Assembly: GCA_938015805.1 (NCBI GenBank)
Contig: CALLXF010000017.1
Location: 3,513-67,512, forward strand
DNA: 64,000 nt
Source: an uncultured Saprospiraceae bacterium
Lineage (GTDB): Bacteria > Bacteroidota > Bacteroidia > Chitinophagales > Saprospiraceae
Direction of reading: 5' to 3'
The position numbers were made by a program, and so were the translations under genes. Below are positions 18,542-28,294 of the stretch, piece by piece. Under the pieces are notes generated by a model. It was not told the origin of the DNA. It ran no database searches and was given only the letters and a program-made list of their open reading frames with translations. Within the stretch, counting starts at the first letter, position 1; every line of letters starts with the position of its first letter.

Positions 18542-21500
18542 TTGGCTTTAAGCCAATCGGTAAATACTGATTTTGGAAAAAATAGAGTCCAGTTCCACAA
18601 TGACTTTAGAAGCTGGTGGTCTTATGAGACCGAAAATTTTATTACCTACTGGTATGGAAAAGGAAGGAATGTCGCTAAGACTGTGATCCAGATGTCAGAA
18701 CTAGACCACGATGAAATCCAGAATATTATGGAACATCGGTTTAATGATAAAATCGAGATCATTGTTTATGTAGACATCACGGATATAAAGCAATCTAATA
18801 TCGGTTTAGAAGAAACTTTTATAAACGACCCTAAGGAAACTAAGATCGAAGGGAATAAAATGTTTGTATATTTTAATGGTGACCATAAGCATCTCAGGCA
18901 ACAGATAAAAAAAGGAATTACAGGAATTTATCTAAACTCTATACTGATCGGGACTAACCTCCAAGAGATGGTTCAAAACGCAGTTTTATTGCATTTGCCA
19001 GAATGGTTTAAAAAAGGAATGGTCTCTTATGTGGCGAGTCCATGGAACATAGAATCTGACGACGAGTTAAGAGACTTAATGTATGTGGAGGATGGTAAGT
19101 ATTATGATTTTGATAAATTAGCAGAGGACTACCCTAAGATTGCAGGACATTCTTTCTGGCATTTTTTAGATCAAAAATATGGACGCTCAAGTATTTCTAA
19201 TATACTTTATCTGACACGTATAAATAGGAGTATAGAAAGCAGTTTTGTATATGTTCTCAGTCAGGAATTTGAGGATATCCTAGTAGAATGGAGGGAATTC
19301 TATACTCAGAAATTTGCTCAGGAGGAAAATAAATTTGCTCCTGATAATGGATCAGAATTAGACCTACAAAATAAAGATCATCAAGTGATATCTTTATTAC
19401 GACTCAGTCCAGACGGTAGTCAACTCGTCTATGTTTATAACGATATCGGTAAATATAAAATTATACTTAGAGATCTAGCAACAGGAGAAGAGAAGAAGAT
19501 TTTTCAATATGGATTTAGAAATACATTCCAAGAACCGGATTACGAGTATCCCCTAGTAGAGTGGCATCCTAATGGTTTGCAACTAAGTATTATTTACGAA
19601 CGCAGAGATCAGCTCATGATCCGTAAATATTATCTCAGTGATGAGGAGAACGAAGAGCAACCGTTCCCTAAAAAGATACAAAGGATTTATAGTTTCTCGT
19701 ATGTCGATGCTGACGAGTATATATTATCAGCAAATGATAATGGCTTTTCTGATCTCTTTAGTTTTACGTTTAAAACTAGACAGTTTAAAAAAATTACGGA
19801 AGATTATCATGATGATCTCGATGCGGTTTACACCAATGTAAATGGTAAAAATGGAATTCTATTTTCCTCTACAAGAGAATCTAATTTAGTAGAGAAGGAA
19901 CAACTAGATACGATATTACCACTCGATAAATTTGACTTGTTTTTTTTACCAGATGGTTCTAAGGAATTACAACGGATAACTTATACACCGCTAGAGAACG
20001 AAAGATTTCCACATAAAATAGGAGAAAGTGGATTTATCAGTTTTATAAATGATCGTTCGGGAGTTAAAAATAGATTCATAAAAAAATTATATAGTGATGA
20101 TAATGGTTTTTCAAATTCTAATCTAGACCGTAATGTGATCAGACATCATAGTGTAAAAGGTATTGACCTCAGTGTCTATACGCTATATAGAAATGGGGCA
20201 TACCGAGCCTATCTAGAAGTGATCGATAAAGTAAAAACAAACATCTACAACACACCATTAGCAACCGTAGAGGATAAGCAACCGATTGTTCCCCTAGTTA
20301 TAGAAGAGCCTAAGAAAGAGAAGCTAAAAGATGGATTTTTATTCCAATCTGATTTTGAGGATCCTGATGTCTTAGAGCCTATAGGTATCTCTCTAAAAGC
20401 ACCAATCTATGACCAAGAGATATTTTCACTACGTCCAGAAAATGCAGCTCATAAGGATGTAGAACCTTTTAATTCTAGCCGAGCAGTAGCCTCCAGACTA
20501 AAATATAAAATGATCGAGTTATCAAGTAATATCGATAATATGGTTTTGTTTGAAGGGTTAGAAAGCTATATAGGAGATGATCAAGAATTACTCAGTCAAC
20601 CTCTAGGTATTAGATTTAAAGCTAGGCTAAAAGATCTATTCGAAGATTATGTCGTAGAGTTAGGAGCTAGATATCCTACCTCGTTAAATGGATCAGAGTA
20701 TTATTTACTATTTGAGGATAATAAAAGACTCATAGATCGACGATTTGCATTTTATAGGAGATCTAATACCATAAATAGAAACGTAAATACTTTTCCCGCT
20801 CTCAGCGATAAAAAAGTATCTTATCTTGCTATGGCACAGTTTAAATATCCTTTTGATATTTATCGCAGTCTTACCGCCACAGGGATTATGAGATTTGATA
20901 ATTTATATCCTAGAGTTACAGAAGAGGATGCCTTACAAAGTCCATTTTTTAGAGAAAACAGAGTGGGTTTGAGACTGGAATATATTTTTGATAATACGAT
21001 AGATGTAGAGATAAATGTAAAGAATGGAACGAGATATAAATTTTATGTAGAGGCTCTTAATAGATATGAGCTTAGTGTGACTGATGGTTTTGAATTTGAT
21101 GGATCTACTGGATTTACGACATTGGTAGGAGGTGATTTTAGGCATTACATTCCAGTGGCTAAGTTTTCCGTTATAGCCTTGAGGTTTGCAGGAGGTACCT
21201 CTTTAGGGAGTAATCGGATGATGTATTATTTAGGAGGAGTAGAGAGTGCGATGTTTGGGCAATTTAATAACGAGATTCCTATTCCTGCAGGAGACCAGTT
21301 TGCTTATAAAGCTCTAGCTCCTCATCTGAGAGGTTTTGATCATAACATACGTAATGGTAGTAGCTACCTACTTTTTAATAGTGAGATCCGAGTACCTGTA
21401 GTACGTCATTTATTTAAAAGAGTGAGAAACACTTTTGTGCGTAATATAATGCTGACTTCGTTTTTTGATATCGGCACAGCGTGGCATGGCTTATCTCCTT

Positions 21501-21715
21501 ATAGTAATGATAGTCCACTAAATACTGTTTTTATAGAAGCTACTAATATTTCAATTACTGCAAATTACTATAGAGATCCTATCGTCATGGGTTACGGTAT
21601 GGGATTCCGTACATCCTTGTTTGGGTATTACTTAAAACTAGATCGTGCCTGGGGTATCGAAACTCGTCAGATCCAAAACCCAAAATGGCATTTTTCCCTA
21701 GGAATGGATTTTTAG
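18542..21715 (+). CDS. Outer-membrane protein with a TolB-like beta-propeller region and an Omp85/surface-antigen-like C-terminal beta-barrel. The true start is probably upstream of the TTG given in the track.
   Basis: PD40-like segment SPDGSQLVYVYNDIGKYKIILRDLATGEE. The C-terminal barrel has YYLGGVES and ends WHFSLGMDF. The in-frame upstream sequence encodes a signal-peptide-like NNRRFYIKFYTTLLFCSISILALS/Q without a canonical start codon (see finding). Confidence 0.7.
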   Translation: MALSQSVNTDFGKNRVQFHNDFRSWWSYETENFITYWYGKGRNVAKTVIQMSELDHDEIQNIMEHRFNDKIEIIVYVDITDIKQSNIGLEETFINDPKETKIEGNKMFVYFNGDHKHLRQQIKKGITGIYLNSILIGTNLQEMVQNAVLLHLPEWFKKGMVSYVASPWNIESDDELRDLMYVEDGKYYDFDKLAEDYPKIAGHSFWHFLDQKYGRSSISNILYLTRINRSIESSFVYVLSQEFEDILVEWREFYTQKFAQEENKFAPDNGSELDLQNKDHQVISLLRLSPDGSQLVYVYNDIGKYKIILRDLATGEEKKIFQYGFRNTFQEPDYEYPLVEWHPNGLQLSIIYERRDQLMIRKYYLSDEENEEQPFPKKIQRIYSFSYVDADEYILSANDNGFSDLFSFTFKTRQFKKITEDYHDDLDAVYTNVNGKNGILFSSTRESNLVEKEQLDTILPLDKFDLFFLPDGSKELQRITYTPLENERFPHKIGESGFISFINDRSGVKNRFIKKLYSDDNGFSNSNLDRNVIRHHSVKGIDLSVYTLYRNGAYRAYLEVIDKVKTNIYNTPLATVEDKQPIVPLVIEEPKKEKLKDGFLFQSDFEDPDVLEPIGISLKAPIYDQEIFSLRPENAAHKDVEPFNSSRAVASRLKYKMIELSSNIDNMVLFEGLESYIGDDQELLSQPLGIRFKARLKDLFEDYVVELGARYPTSLNGSEYYLLFEDNKRLIDRRFAFYRRSNTINRNVNTFPALSDKKVSYLAMAQFKYPFDIYRSLTATGIMRFDNLYPRVTEEDALQSPFFRENRVGLRLEYIFDNTIDVEINVKNGTRYKFYVEALNRYELSVTDGFEFDGSTGFTTLVGGDFRHYIPVAKFSVIALRFAGGTSLGSNRMMYYLGGVESAMFGQFNNEIPIPAGDQFAYKALAPHLRGFDHNIRNGSSYLLFNSEIRVPVVRHLFKRVRNTFVRNIMLTSFFDIGTAWHGLSPYSNDSPLNTVFIEATNISITANYYRDPIVMGYGMGFRTSLFGYYLKLDRAWGIETRQIQNPKWHFSLGMDF

Positions 21716-21786
21716 GGTAAGCAGAATAAAATTCATAAGACGTTTTAAGGTTTAATCGAAAGTCTAAATTTTAAAAACGTACTACT

Positions 21787-22854
21787 TTATGCATCTCCAT
21801 CTTTCATTTTAGACGCATTTTCTGCAACTTGTAGAGCCTCTATGATTTCCTCTATTTGTCCTTGTACCACTTTGTCTAAACTGTATAATGTCAGATTGAT
21901 ACGATGATCCGTTAGTCTGTTTTGAGGATAATTATACGTACGTATTTTATCAGAACGATCACCAGAACCTACTAAAGATTGTCGTTGGTTTTTTTGTTCT
22001 TTATTATTACGTTCCACCTGTACTTCCTTCATTTTTACATAGAGTCGATTCATCGCAATGTCTCTATTTTTATGTTGAGATCTAGAGTCAGTGGACTCTG
22101 CTGCGATACCGGTAGGAATGTGGGTAAATCGTACTCCAGATTCTGTTTTATTTACATGCTGTCCTCCTGCTCCACTGGCTCTAAAAGTATCGACACGTAG
22201 ATCTGCTTTATTGATATCGATATCTTCTGGCTCAAATTTAGGCATCACTACCACAGTTGCTGCAGAGGTATGTACTCTCCCTTGAGATTCAGTTTTAGGA
22301 ACTCGTTGAACTCGATGAGCTCCCGACTCAAATTTTAATTTACCATAAACATTAGTACCCGATACTTCTAAAACAATTTTATTATATCCCCCTACAGAGC
22401 CCTCGTTTATATCTAGTATTTCTACCTTCCATCCCTGTACCTCAAAATACTTAGTGTACATCTTATATAGATCACCAGCAAAAATACTGGCCTCGTCCCC
22501 ACCTGCTCCAGATCTGATTTCAAATACCACATCCTTATCATCATCTGGATCTTTAGGAATGAGTAAAACTTTTATACGTTCTTCTAGAGGTTCCAGTTTT
22601 GACTCCGATTCCTCCAGTTCCATTTTTGCCATTTCTTTCATTTCGGGATCTGGATCCTTTAGCATTTCTTTGGCATTAGAGATGTTTCCTAGTAGCTCTT
22701 TATATTCGTGATAAACGGATACGACCTCTTGCAGATCTTTGTATTCTTTATTTAGTTTAGAATAGTTTTTCATATCCTGTACGACCTCAGGATTAGAAAG
22801 CTGTTCTTCTATATAAACGTACCGTTCAAAAATGGAGTGAAGTTTATCTAACAT
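21787..22854 (-). CDS. prfA: Peptide chain release factor 1
   Basis: GGQ motif in SGAGGQHVNKTESGVRFTHIPTG. PxT-type recognition loop QRVPKTESQGRVHTS. Length is 355 aa, with no internal frameshift (that is, not prfB). Confidence 0.9.
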   Translation of the reverse strand: MLDKLHSIFERYVYIEEQLSNPEVVQDMKNYSKLNKEYKDLQEVVSVYHEYKELLGNISNAKEMLKDPDPEMKEMAKMELEESESKLEPLEERIKVLLIPKDPDDDKDVVFEIRSGAGGDEASIFAGDLYKMYTKYFEVQGWKVEILDINEGSVGGYNKIVLEVSGTNVYGKLKFESGAHRVQRVPKTESQGRVHTSAATVVVMPKFEPEDIDINKADLRVDTFRASGAGGQHVNKTESGVRFTHIPTGIAAESTDSRSQHKNRDIAMNRLYVKMKEVQVERNNKEQKNQRQSLVGSGDRSDKIRTYNYPQNRLTDHRINLTLYSLDKVVQGQIEEIIEALQVAENASKMKDGDA

Positions 22855-22960
22855 GTTTTAAGGTAAAAAGTTGGAGTATATAAAAAGGATATAAATAAGA
22901 AAACCCTCTCGCAGTATCTGATACGCAAGAAGGTATATGTTTAAAAAATCGAAAGCTTAG

Positions 22961-23191
22961 CTAACGGATGTTATTCTTTATGGACTGGATCAGGTCTGGT
23001 GAGACGGATGATTTTTTGAGGTTGTTCTTAATATAATCTCTGCCAGATCTTTCTGACTGGAACATCTGGTTGCAACGAGGATCTGCATCCACTTGTTTTA
23101 GTAAGTCTTCTTGTTCTTGAGCTCCGAGGGCATGATCTAGATATAAGTTTATTTTCTGTCTTAAATCTTGATTTTCATTCTGATTTCTCAT
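22961..23191 (-). CDS. Putative small soluble anti-sigma factor (ZAS-like N-terminal domain)
   Basis: Lies directly downstream of the ECF sigma gene. The pattern INLYLDHAL...EQEDLLKQVDADPRCNQMF resembles the anti-sigma zf-HC2 region but has only one Cys. There is no TM segment. Confidence 0.45.
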   Translation of the reverse strand: MRNQNENQDLRQKINLYLDHALGAQEQEDLLKQVDADPRCNQMFQSERSGRDYIKNNLKKSSVSPDLIQSIKNNIR

Positions 23192-23262
23192 AAAGCATTT
23201 CTCTAAAAGTTCCTAAATCAATTTTATTTAATCTTAAAAGTTCTTTTGCAATTTAATCAAAT

Positions 23263-23868
23263 TCATTTATCCGTGCTGGATTCTTTTCCAGCCTTATCTC
23301 CTCTTTTATCTTTAAAACCTCTTTCGATGGCGTAGTTTTCTAACTTTTCTTTAAGCATATTCCGTGCCCTAAATAATCGAGATCTTACGGTTCCGATCGG
23401 CACGTCTATGATCTTAGATATTTCCTCATATGTAAATCCCTCAACATCACACAGTAAGATTACCGTTCTAAAATCTATCGGTAATGCATTTACGGCTAGG
23501 GTTACTTCATCGCCCATCATATTCTGGAATATTTCCTCTCGGAGATCGTTATATCCAGTTACTCTATCATCTTCTGTGTTATGGTAGTTGATAAAGTCTT
23601 CAAAATCTACTCTATTCGGCTGCTTCGCTTTTTTGCGATATTCATTGATGTAACCGTTCTTCAGGATTTTAAACAACCATGCTTTGGCATTAGTTCCCTC
23701 AATATATTTATCTATAAAACGGTATGCCTTCATATAGGTCTCTTGTACGAGATCATTGGCATCTTCATCATTATAAGTGAGGTGGAAAGCAAATGTTTTT
23801 AAGGCATTGGCATGAGGAAGTAACTCATCCTCAAAGATTCTATTATTACGTTCGGGATTACTTGACAC
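23263..23868 (-). CDS. ECF-type RNA polymerase sigma-70 family factor
   Basis: Region 2 DLVQETYMKAYRF and region 4 HTH TYEEISKIIDVPIGTVRSRLFRARNMLKEKL. Confidence 0.85.
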   Translation of the reverse strand: MSSNPERNNRIFEDELLPHANALKTFAFHLTYNDEDANDLVQETYMKAYRFIDKYIEGTNAKAWLFKILKNGYINEYRKKAKQPNRVDFEDFINYHNTEDDRVTGYNDLREEIFQNMMGDEVTLAVNALPIDFRTVILLCDVEGFTYEEISKIIDVPIGTVRSRLFRARNMLKEKLENYAIERGFKDKRGDKAGKESSTDK

Positions 23869-23969
23869 TAAAAATTTTCTAATTCTAAAACAATATACAA
23901 CAATTGGAGAACGACAAAAATTATAATAAGTTTCTATCGAAAGGTTTTCTTTTTTTAACTTTTTTCTTT

Positions 23970-23984
23970 TTGGGTTAAACCCAA
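23970..23984. repeat. 15-bp palindrome TTGGGTTAAACCCAA in the intergenic region between the PKD-protein stop and the ECF sigma start
   Basis: Same 7+1+7 architecture as TTGGCTT-N-AAGCCAA, with a compensatory C/G swap in both arms. Confidence 0.4.
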
Positions 23985-23997
23985 TATTCTAACTCGT

Positions 23998-25428
23998 CTA
24001 AAATGTAATTATTCTTTTTGTAATCCATCGATCATCAATTTTTATTTTGATGAAGTAAAACCCTTTTTCCGTAAGGGATAAAATGTAACCTTCGGCAGAT
24101 TTTTGAATATTAAAATTTTGTACCTGGCCTAAGTGGTTAACAACTGCAACATTTCTTTGGTCAAGATCAGTAGTAATACCTTCAATCATAAAATCTCCAA
24201 AACTAGGATTAGGAGAGATACTCACTATATTATTAGAAATATCATCTAAGCTCGAGATTACTACGTTTACCTGTTTTTCATAGTAGCTCGTATCACATAA
24301 TTCTTCATTAAAAACCTGCACACCTGTATTCGCCTTTAAGGTGACAGTATAATTTCCATTTTGTAAGTATGTATGTACAGGATTGTCTTCTGTAGACCCA
24401 TTGTTATCCCCAAAATCCCAAATAAAATTAGGAGTAATACCTGAGTTCGGGGTAGTCGTATTATTAAAAGTATAAGTATTTTGATCAGAGGTAAAATCAA
24501 ATTGTGCGACAGGTTGTTCTACTCCATATAAATAAATAGAATCTCTAGAAGTCCCGTAGATATTTGTGGTTTCAACATATACTTTATGATAACCAACAGG
24601 TAAATCAGAAAAAACTACTTCTACGATAGAATCTGTAGAGCTGGTTGGTACACCATTAGGAAATTCCCATCGATAGGATAATATTTGATTTATGCTATCC
24701 GTTGCTTGATAAGTGGCAGTCACACTATCCCCTACACAATGATAGACTGTTAAATCAAGCAAATTTAAACTAGGAGGATATGGGAAATATTTGTTCAGTA
24801 TAATTTCATCATCATAGTATCGTCTAAAGCTAAAATTATCACCACTATTTGTAGTATTGAAGCAATAACCTGTGCTAGTCCATTGGCTAAAATAACCATG
24901 AGGTCCCTCTACGGTTCCTACTCTCTCGACCATGTGGAAGTTATAAGCTACTAATCCGTTACAGACAACATCAATGATATTCCGCCTGAGCGATAAGCCT
25001 TCTAATTGGACAGTATCTTTTTTAGATAGAATTAAATATGTAGAATCAGCCATGGTCAAATTATATCCGAGTGTATCTCCTATGGTTGCATCTAAATCAT
25101 GAAAGGGGTTTGCAGCTCCTCTTCTAATTAACGAATAACCGTTTTGTTCTATCAAGTTTATTCGTTCATATTGAATAAAAAACGAATCTTGTAGTTCAAA
25201 ATATTTTTTTAATCTTCGTTGACGGATTGTATAATAGCTTATGTTATTTACAATACTATCGCCAAGATATTTATAAGTTTCAAGATCTCCGCTAGGATTT
25301 CCAGTTGTAGGATTTAATATGTCATATTCCCATGTAGCTCCAGAGTAGATCATAGGATTTTGAGTGTTTCCTAAGATTGGAAATAGCAAGATCATAGAAA
25401 AGATGACCCATATAGGTGATTTTTTCAT
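23998..25428 (-). CDS. Secreted PKD-domain protein with a T9SS C-terminal sorting domain
   Basis: Signal peptide. PKD signature WDFGDNNGSTEDNPVHTYLQNGNYTVTLKA. CTD-like VSISPNPSFGDFMIEG...GFYFIKIKIDDRWITKRIITF. Confidence 0.75.
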   Translation of the reverse strand: MKKSPIWVIFSMILLFPILGNTQNPMIYSGATWEYDILNPTTGNPSGDLETYKYLGDSIVNNISYYTIRQRRLKKYFELQDSFFIQYERINLIEQNGYSLIRRGAANPFHDLDATIGDTLGYNLTMADSTYLILSKKDTVQLEGLSLRRNIIDVVCNGLVAYNFHMVERVGTVEGPHGYFSQWTSTGYCFNTTNSGDNFSFRRYYDDEIILNKYFPYPPSLNLLDLTVYHCVGDSVTATYQATDSINQILSYRWEFPNGVPTSSTDSIVEVVFSDLPVGYHKVYVETTNIYGTSRDSIYLYGVEQPVAQFDFTSDQNTYTFNNTTTPNSGITPNFIWDFGDNNGSTEDNPVHTYLQNGNYTVTLKANTGVQVFNEELCDTSYYEKQVNVVISSLDDISNNIVSISPNPSFGDFMIEGITTDLDQRNVAVVNHLGQVQNFNIQKSAEGYILSLTEKGFYFIKIKIDDRWITKRIITF

Positions 25429-25513
25429 TTATTTAGTGTTCATGGTGAACACCTAAAATAAGAAATTTTTGTAAACATTTTAGTAAGATCAGTTGCTTTA
25501 ATAGTTGTATTAT

Positions 25514-26809
25514 CTAGGATTGATTTTTAGTTTTTAAAGGGTAAACTTTGGCTTTAAGCCAATGATCTAACCTCTCATAAACTTGCTTTTGTTGCTCCTC
25601 AGACAGACTTTTTATTCTAGTCGTATGACTACCATTTTCCTTAATCATCAGCAATGCATCCTGACCTTCAGGAGGTATAAAACCACAAGCTCCCCATGGG
25701 TCTAGTTGTCCCTGTACATGGATGATTTTATCACCATTATGATATAACCAGACTCTTACATATTTTAGGTAATCTACATCCATCGTAAGATCTAACCCTC
25801 TAGGACCAAAAGGTAAATTATCATATCGGTCTAGTGCTTTTAGTTTAGATTTAAATGGCTCGTAAATAAAACCATAATATCCATTTTCTTTTAGGAACTG
25901 ATAGTATGACGGCTCAAAATAATTACAAGTCGCATCCGAATAAAAACTTAGGCCCACGATTTTGTTAAGAGTTCTGAACAACGAATCGGGACTAACGGTA
26001 GGATCTACCTGACTACAATCATGTCCCCACTGCCAAAAAGAAAAAGTAAATTCGAGTACGGCATACTCAAAAGCTTCAGCTGTTGTAAATCTGGCAAAGC
26101 TCATGCTATCCGCTCGTGCTAGGGAATCCACTTTCATAATCATCAGATCTCTATTGTCTAAAACAGCGTGCTGAAAATCTTCTAGCGTTTTACGACACTC
26201 AGCAGTTCCATTAGTTAATATGGCTTCGTCACATCTTTTATCTGTCTGATTAAAAGGTAACGGTGCTACGTACGGAACTGCTACTTTTACATCCTTGGGA
26301 TATTTAGATTTATAAATGAGGCATGTAGTTCCGCCTTTACTAATACCAGTGCTGATCCATTCCTTTTTGTAAATTTTGCAAAATAGGTGACGGATATAAT
26401 GGAGGTCTTCCATTGCCTGATCATTATTGAGGTATTTATACTCAGTGTCATCAGGTTTAGATATTCCAAAATATCTATATTCTACCTGTATCTGATTTCC
26501 TAGCAGGATTTCTGATAATTCATAATGTCTTTGTCGTGCAGAATATCCTTCCGTTACAAAAACGGTAGGTGCTTTTCGATCATAGTGATATAGGAATATA
26601 CGTTGCTGGAATGTTTCTTTATTTTTCTTATCAAAATGATCAAGTCTCTGAGGAATCAAAATTTCAAATTCTCTTTTAAAATGATCACTAGCCGTAAGTT
26701 CAGTCACAACTGCACCAGGTATTTTTTTCTGGATAAGTTCTATGATATCTTTTTTAGCATGAACTTGGAAACTGACTAAAAAACTAAAGAAGAGTAGATA
26801 ATATTTCAT
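25514..26809 (-). CDS. Secreted alpha/beta-hydrolase serine peptidase (S28/S37-like)
   Basis: Signal peptide MKYYLLFFSFLVSFQVHA. Nucleophile elbow WISTGISKGGTT. The size and layout resemble PS-10/S37 or S28 aminopeptidases. The family assignment is from memory only. Confidence 0.55.
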   Translation of the reverse strand: MKYYLLFFSFLVSFQVHAKKDIIELIQKKIPGAVVTELTASDHFKREFEILIPQRLDHFDKKNKETFQQRIFLYHYDRKAPTVFVTEGYSARQRHYELSEILLGNQIQVEYRYFGISKPDDTEYKYLNNDQAMEDLHYIRHLFCKIYKKEWISTGISKGGTTCLIYKSKYPKDVKVAVPYVAPLPFNQTDKRCDEAILTNGTAECRKTLEDFQHAVLDNRDLMIMKVDSLARADSMSFARFTTAEAFEYAVLEFTFSFWQWGHDCSQVDPTVSPDSLFRTLNKIVGLSFYSDATCNYFEPSYYQFLKENGYYGFIYEPFKSKLKALDRYDNLPFGPRGLDLTMDVDYLKYVRVWLYHNGDKIIHVQGQLDPWGACGFIPPEGQDALLMIKENGSHTTRIKSLSEEQQKQVYERLDHWLKAKVYPLKTKNQS

Positions 26810-27948
26810 TAGATTATTTTTAAACCATCGCTGGGGTATGCTATAAAACTAGACAAGTCTATCTTAAATCGCTCTAGATAAGGTAAAGATATTTTTTTCA
26901 TTATTTGATCCTTTGCATCTTTATCAATAAGACAAATTACGGCTCCTCCAAAACCTCCACCCATAATTCTTGCCCCTTTTACAGTATCTATTTCTTTTAA
27001 ACGATCTATCAAGAAGTCGATTTCTGGGCAACTGACCTCATATAAATTTTGTAAGCTATCATGACACTCGAAAAGTAACTGTCCTATCTTATCGCTGTCT
27101 TTTTGAAAGATAGCGTTCACTATTTTTTTGACTCGTTTTTGTTCGTTAAAAAAATGTCTGGCTCTTTTAGACAGCAGACTATTTTTTAGTCTTAAAAAAT
27201 CTAAATGGACTTTGTTAATCTCTACTTGTGATTTTAATTCAGGAAATTGAGATTGTATTAAGGATAGAGCTTGTTGAGATTCTTGAGTTCTATTATTATA
27301 ATCGGTCATTACAAGATTATGTTGTACGCCAGAATTGATCAGGAGCCATTGATGACCGGGAAGTGTAATTTTTATATTTTTTATTTCTGTTGTATTACAG
27401 TTGATTAGCAATGCGTGATTTTTTATTCCTTTTATGATCGCAGTCTGGTCCATAATACCACCCATGACGCCTGTATTGTTTTCCGCGATGGAAGCCAGCT
27501 CGATTAGTTTATTATCATCAAGATTTAAATTAAAATGAATGGATAATAACTTTATAAATCCACATGTAATTGCTGACGAACTAGAAACACCTGCTCCTAT
27601 CGGGATACTACTTTTAAAACATATATCTACTGTACCGATATGATAATTTTGATTTTCTAGGGACCTTATTGCAGATTTAAAGTATCGAGCCCAGTGATTT
27701 TCTGGCATTATTATGTCTGTAGTGAGGTCTATTTGATCATTTAAATCAATAGCTGTAATACGTGAATAAGGTAGGGTTGATTTTTTAGATATAAAGTGTA
27801 CATATTTATTTATAGCAAAAGGTAGTACATCACCTCCGCTGTAATCCGTATGTTCGCCTATAATATTTACCCTTCCAGGTACTTGTAAAGTTAACTCTGG
27901 GGAACCATATTTATTAACAAAATGGGAAGAGGCTACTTGCAATGTCAC
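26809..27948 (-). CDS. galK: Galactokinase
   Basis: Galactokinase signature GRVNIIGEHTDYSGG and GHMP kinase motif PIGAGVSSSSA. Confidence 0.85.
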   Translation of the reverse strand: MTLQVASSHFVNKYGSPELTLQVPGRVNIIGEHTDYSGGDVLPFAINKYVHFISKKSTLPYSRITAIDLNDQIDLTTDIIMPENHWARYFKSAIRSLENQNYHIGTVDICFKSSIPIGAGVSSSSAITCGFIKLLSIHFNLNLDDNKLIELASIAENNTGVMGGIMDQTAIIKGIKNHALLINCNTTEIKNIKITLPGHQWLLINSGVQHNLVMTDYNNRTQESQQALSLIQSQFPELKSQVEINKVHLDFLRLKNSLLSKRARHFFNEQKRVKKIVNAIFQKDSDKIGQLLFECHDSLQNLYEVSCPEIDFLIDRLKEIDTVKGARIMGGGFGGAVICLIDKDAKDQIMKKISLPYLERFKIDLSSFIAYPSDGLKII

Positions 27949-28038
27949 AGATTAAAGATTATAATATAAAAATACTATTAGGATTAAGGTTTCGCAAAAT
28001 TGAAAATAGCATTATATTTGCGATCCATTTAAATAAAT

Positions 28039-28109
28039 GGTCGCGTGGCCGAGTGGCTAGGCAGAGGTCTGCAAAACCTCGTACGGCGGTTCGAGTCCGT
28101 CCGCGACCT
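28039..28109 (+). tRNA. tRNA-Cys (anticodon GCA)
   Basis: Acceptor stem GGTCGCG/CGCGACC. D-arm GCC-GAGTGGCTA-GGC. Anticodon stem GAGGT/ACCTC with loop CTGCAAA. T-arm GGCGG-TTCGAGT-CCGTC. Length is 71 nt and CCA is not encoded. Confidence 0.85.
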
Positions 28110-28119
28110 CTTAGTAAGG

Positions 28120-28148
28120 CTCATCAATGAAAATTGATGGGTTTTTTT
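28120..28148 (+). terminator. Intrinsic terminator after tRNA-Cys
   Basis: CTCATCAAT-GAAA-ATTGATGGG followed by TTTTTTT. Confidence 0.75.
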
Positions 28149-28294
28149 ATTTATTGAGCAAAATAAAAACAACGCATTATTATTTTATTTAATATGTTTT
28201 AGTATTTTTGCTTTAACCTTTGAAGGAGAGATCCCTCTCCATGATAATATTAGCCTAATATTTATTAAGAAAACTAACATTATAACTTAGAATA

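Noticed and set aside
22270-22300. Unusual PKT in place of the canonical PAT/PVT stop-codon recognition tripeptide in RF1
   Set aside because: The middle residue of PxT is known to vary. All genes here end in standard TAA, TAG or TGA stops, so there is no sign of recoding. I cannot assess rarity without a database.
27942-28130. 62-aa ORF spanning the galK/tRNA spacer
   Set aside because: It runs straight through a well-formed tRNA-Cys cloverleaf (28039-28109). The Arg-rich translation is the tRNA sequence read as protein.
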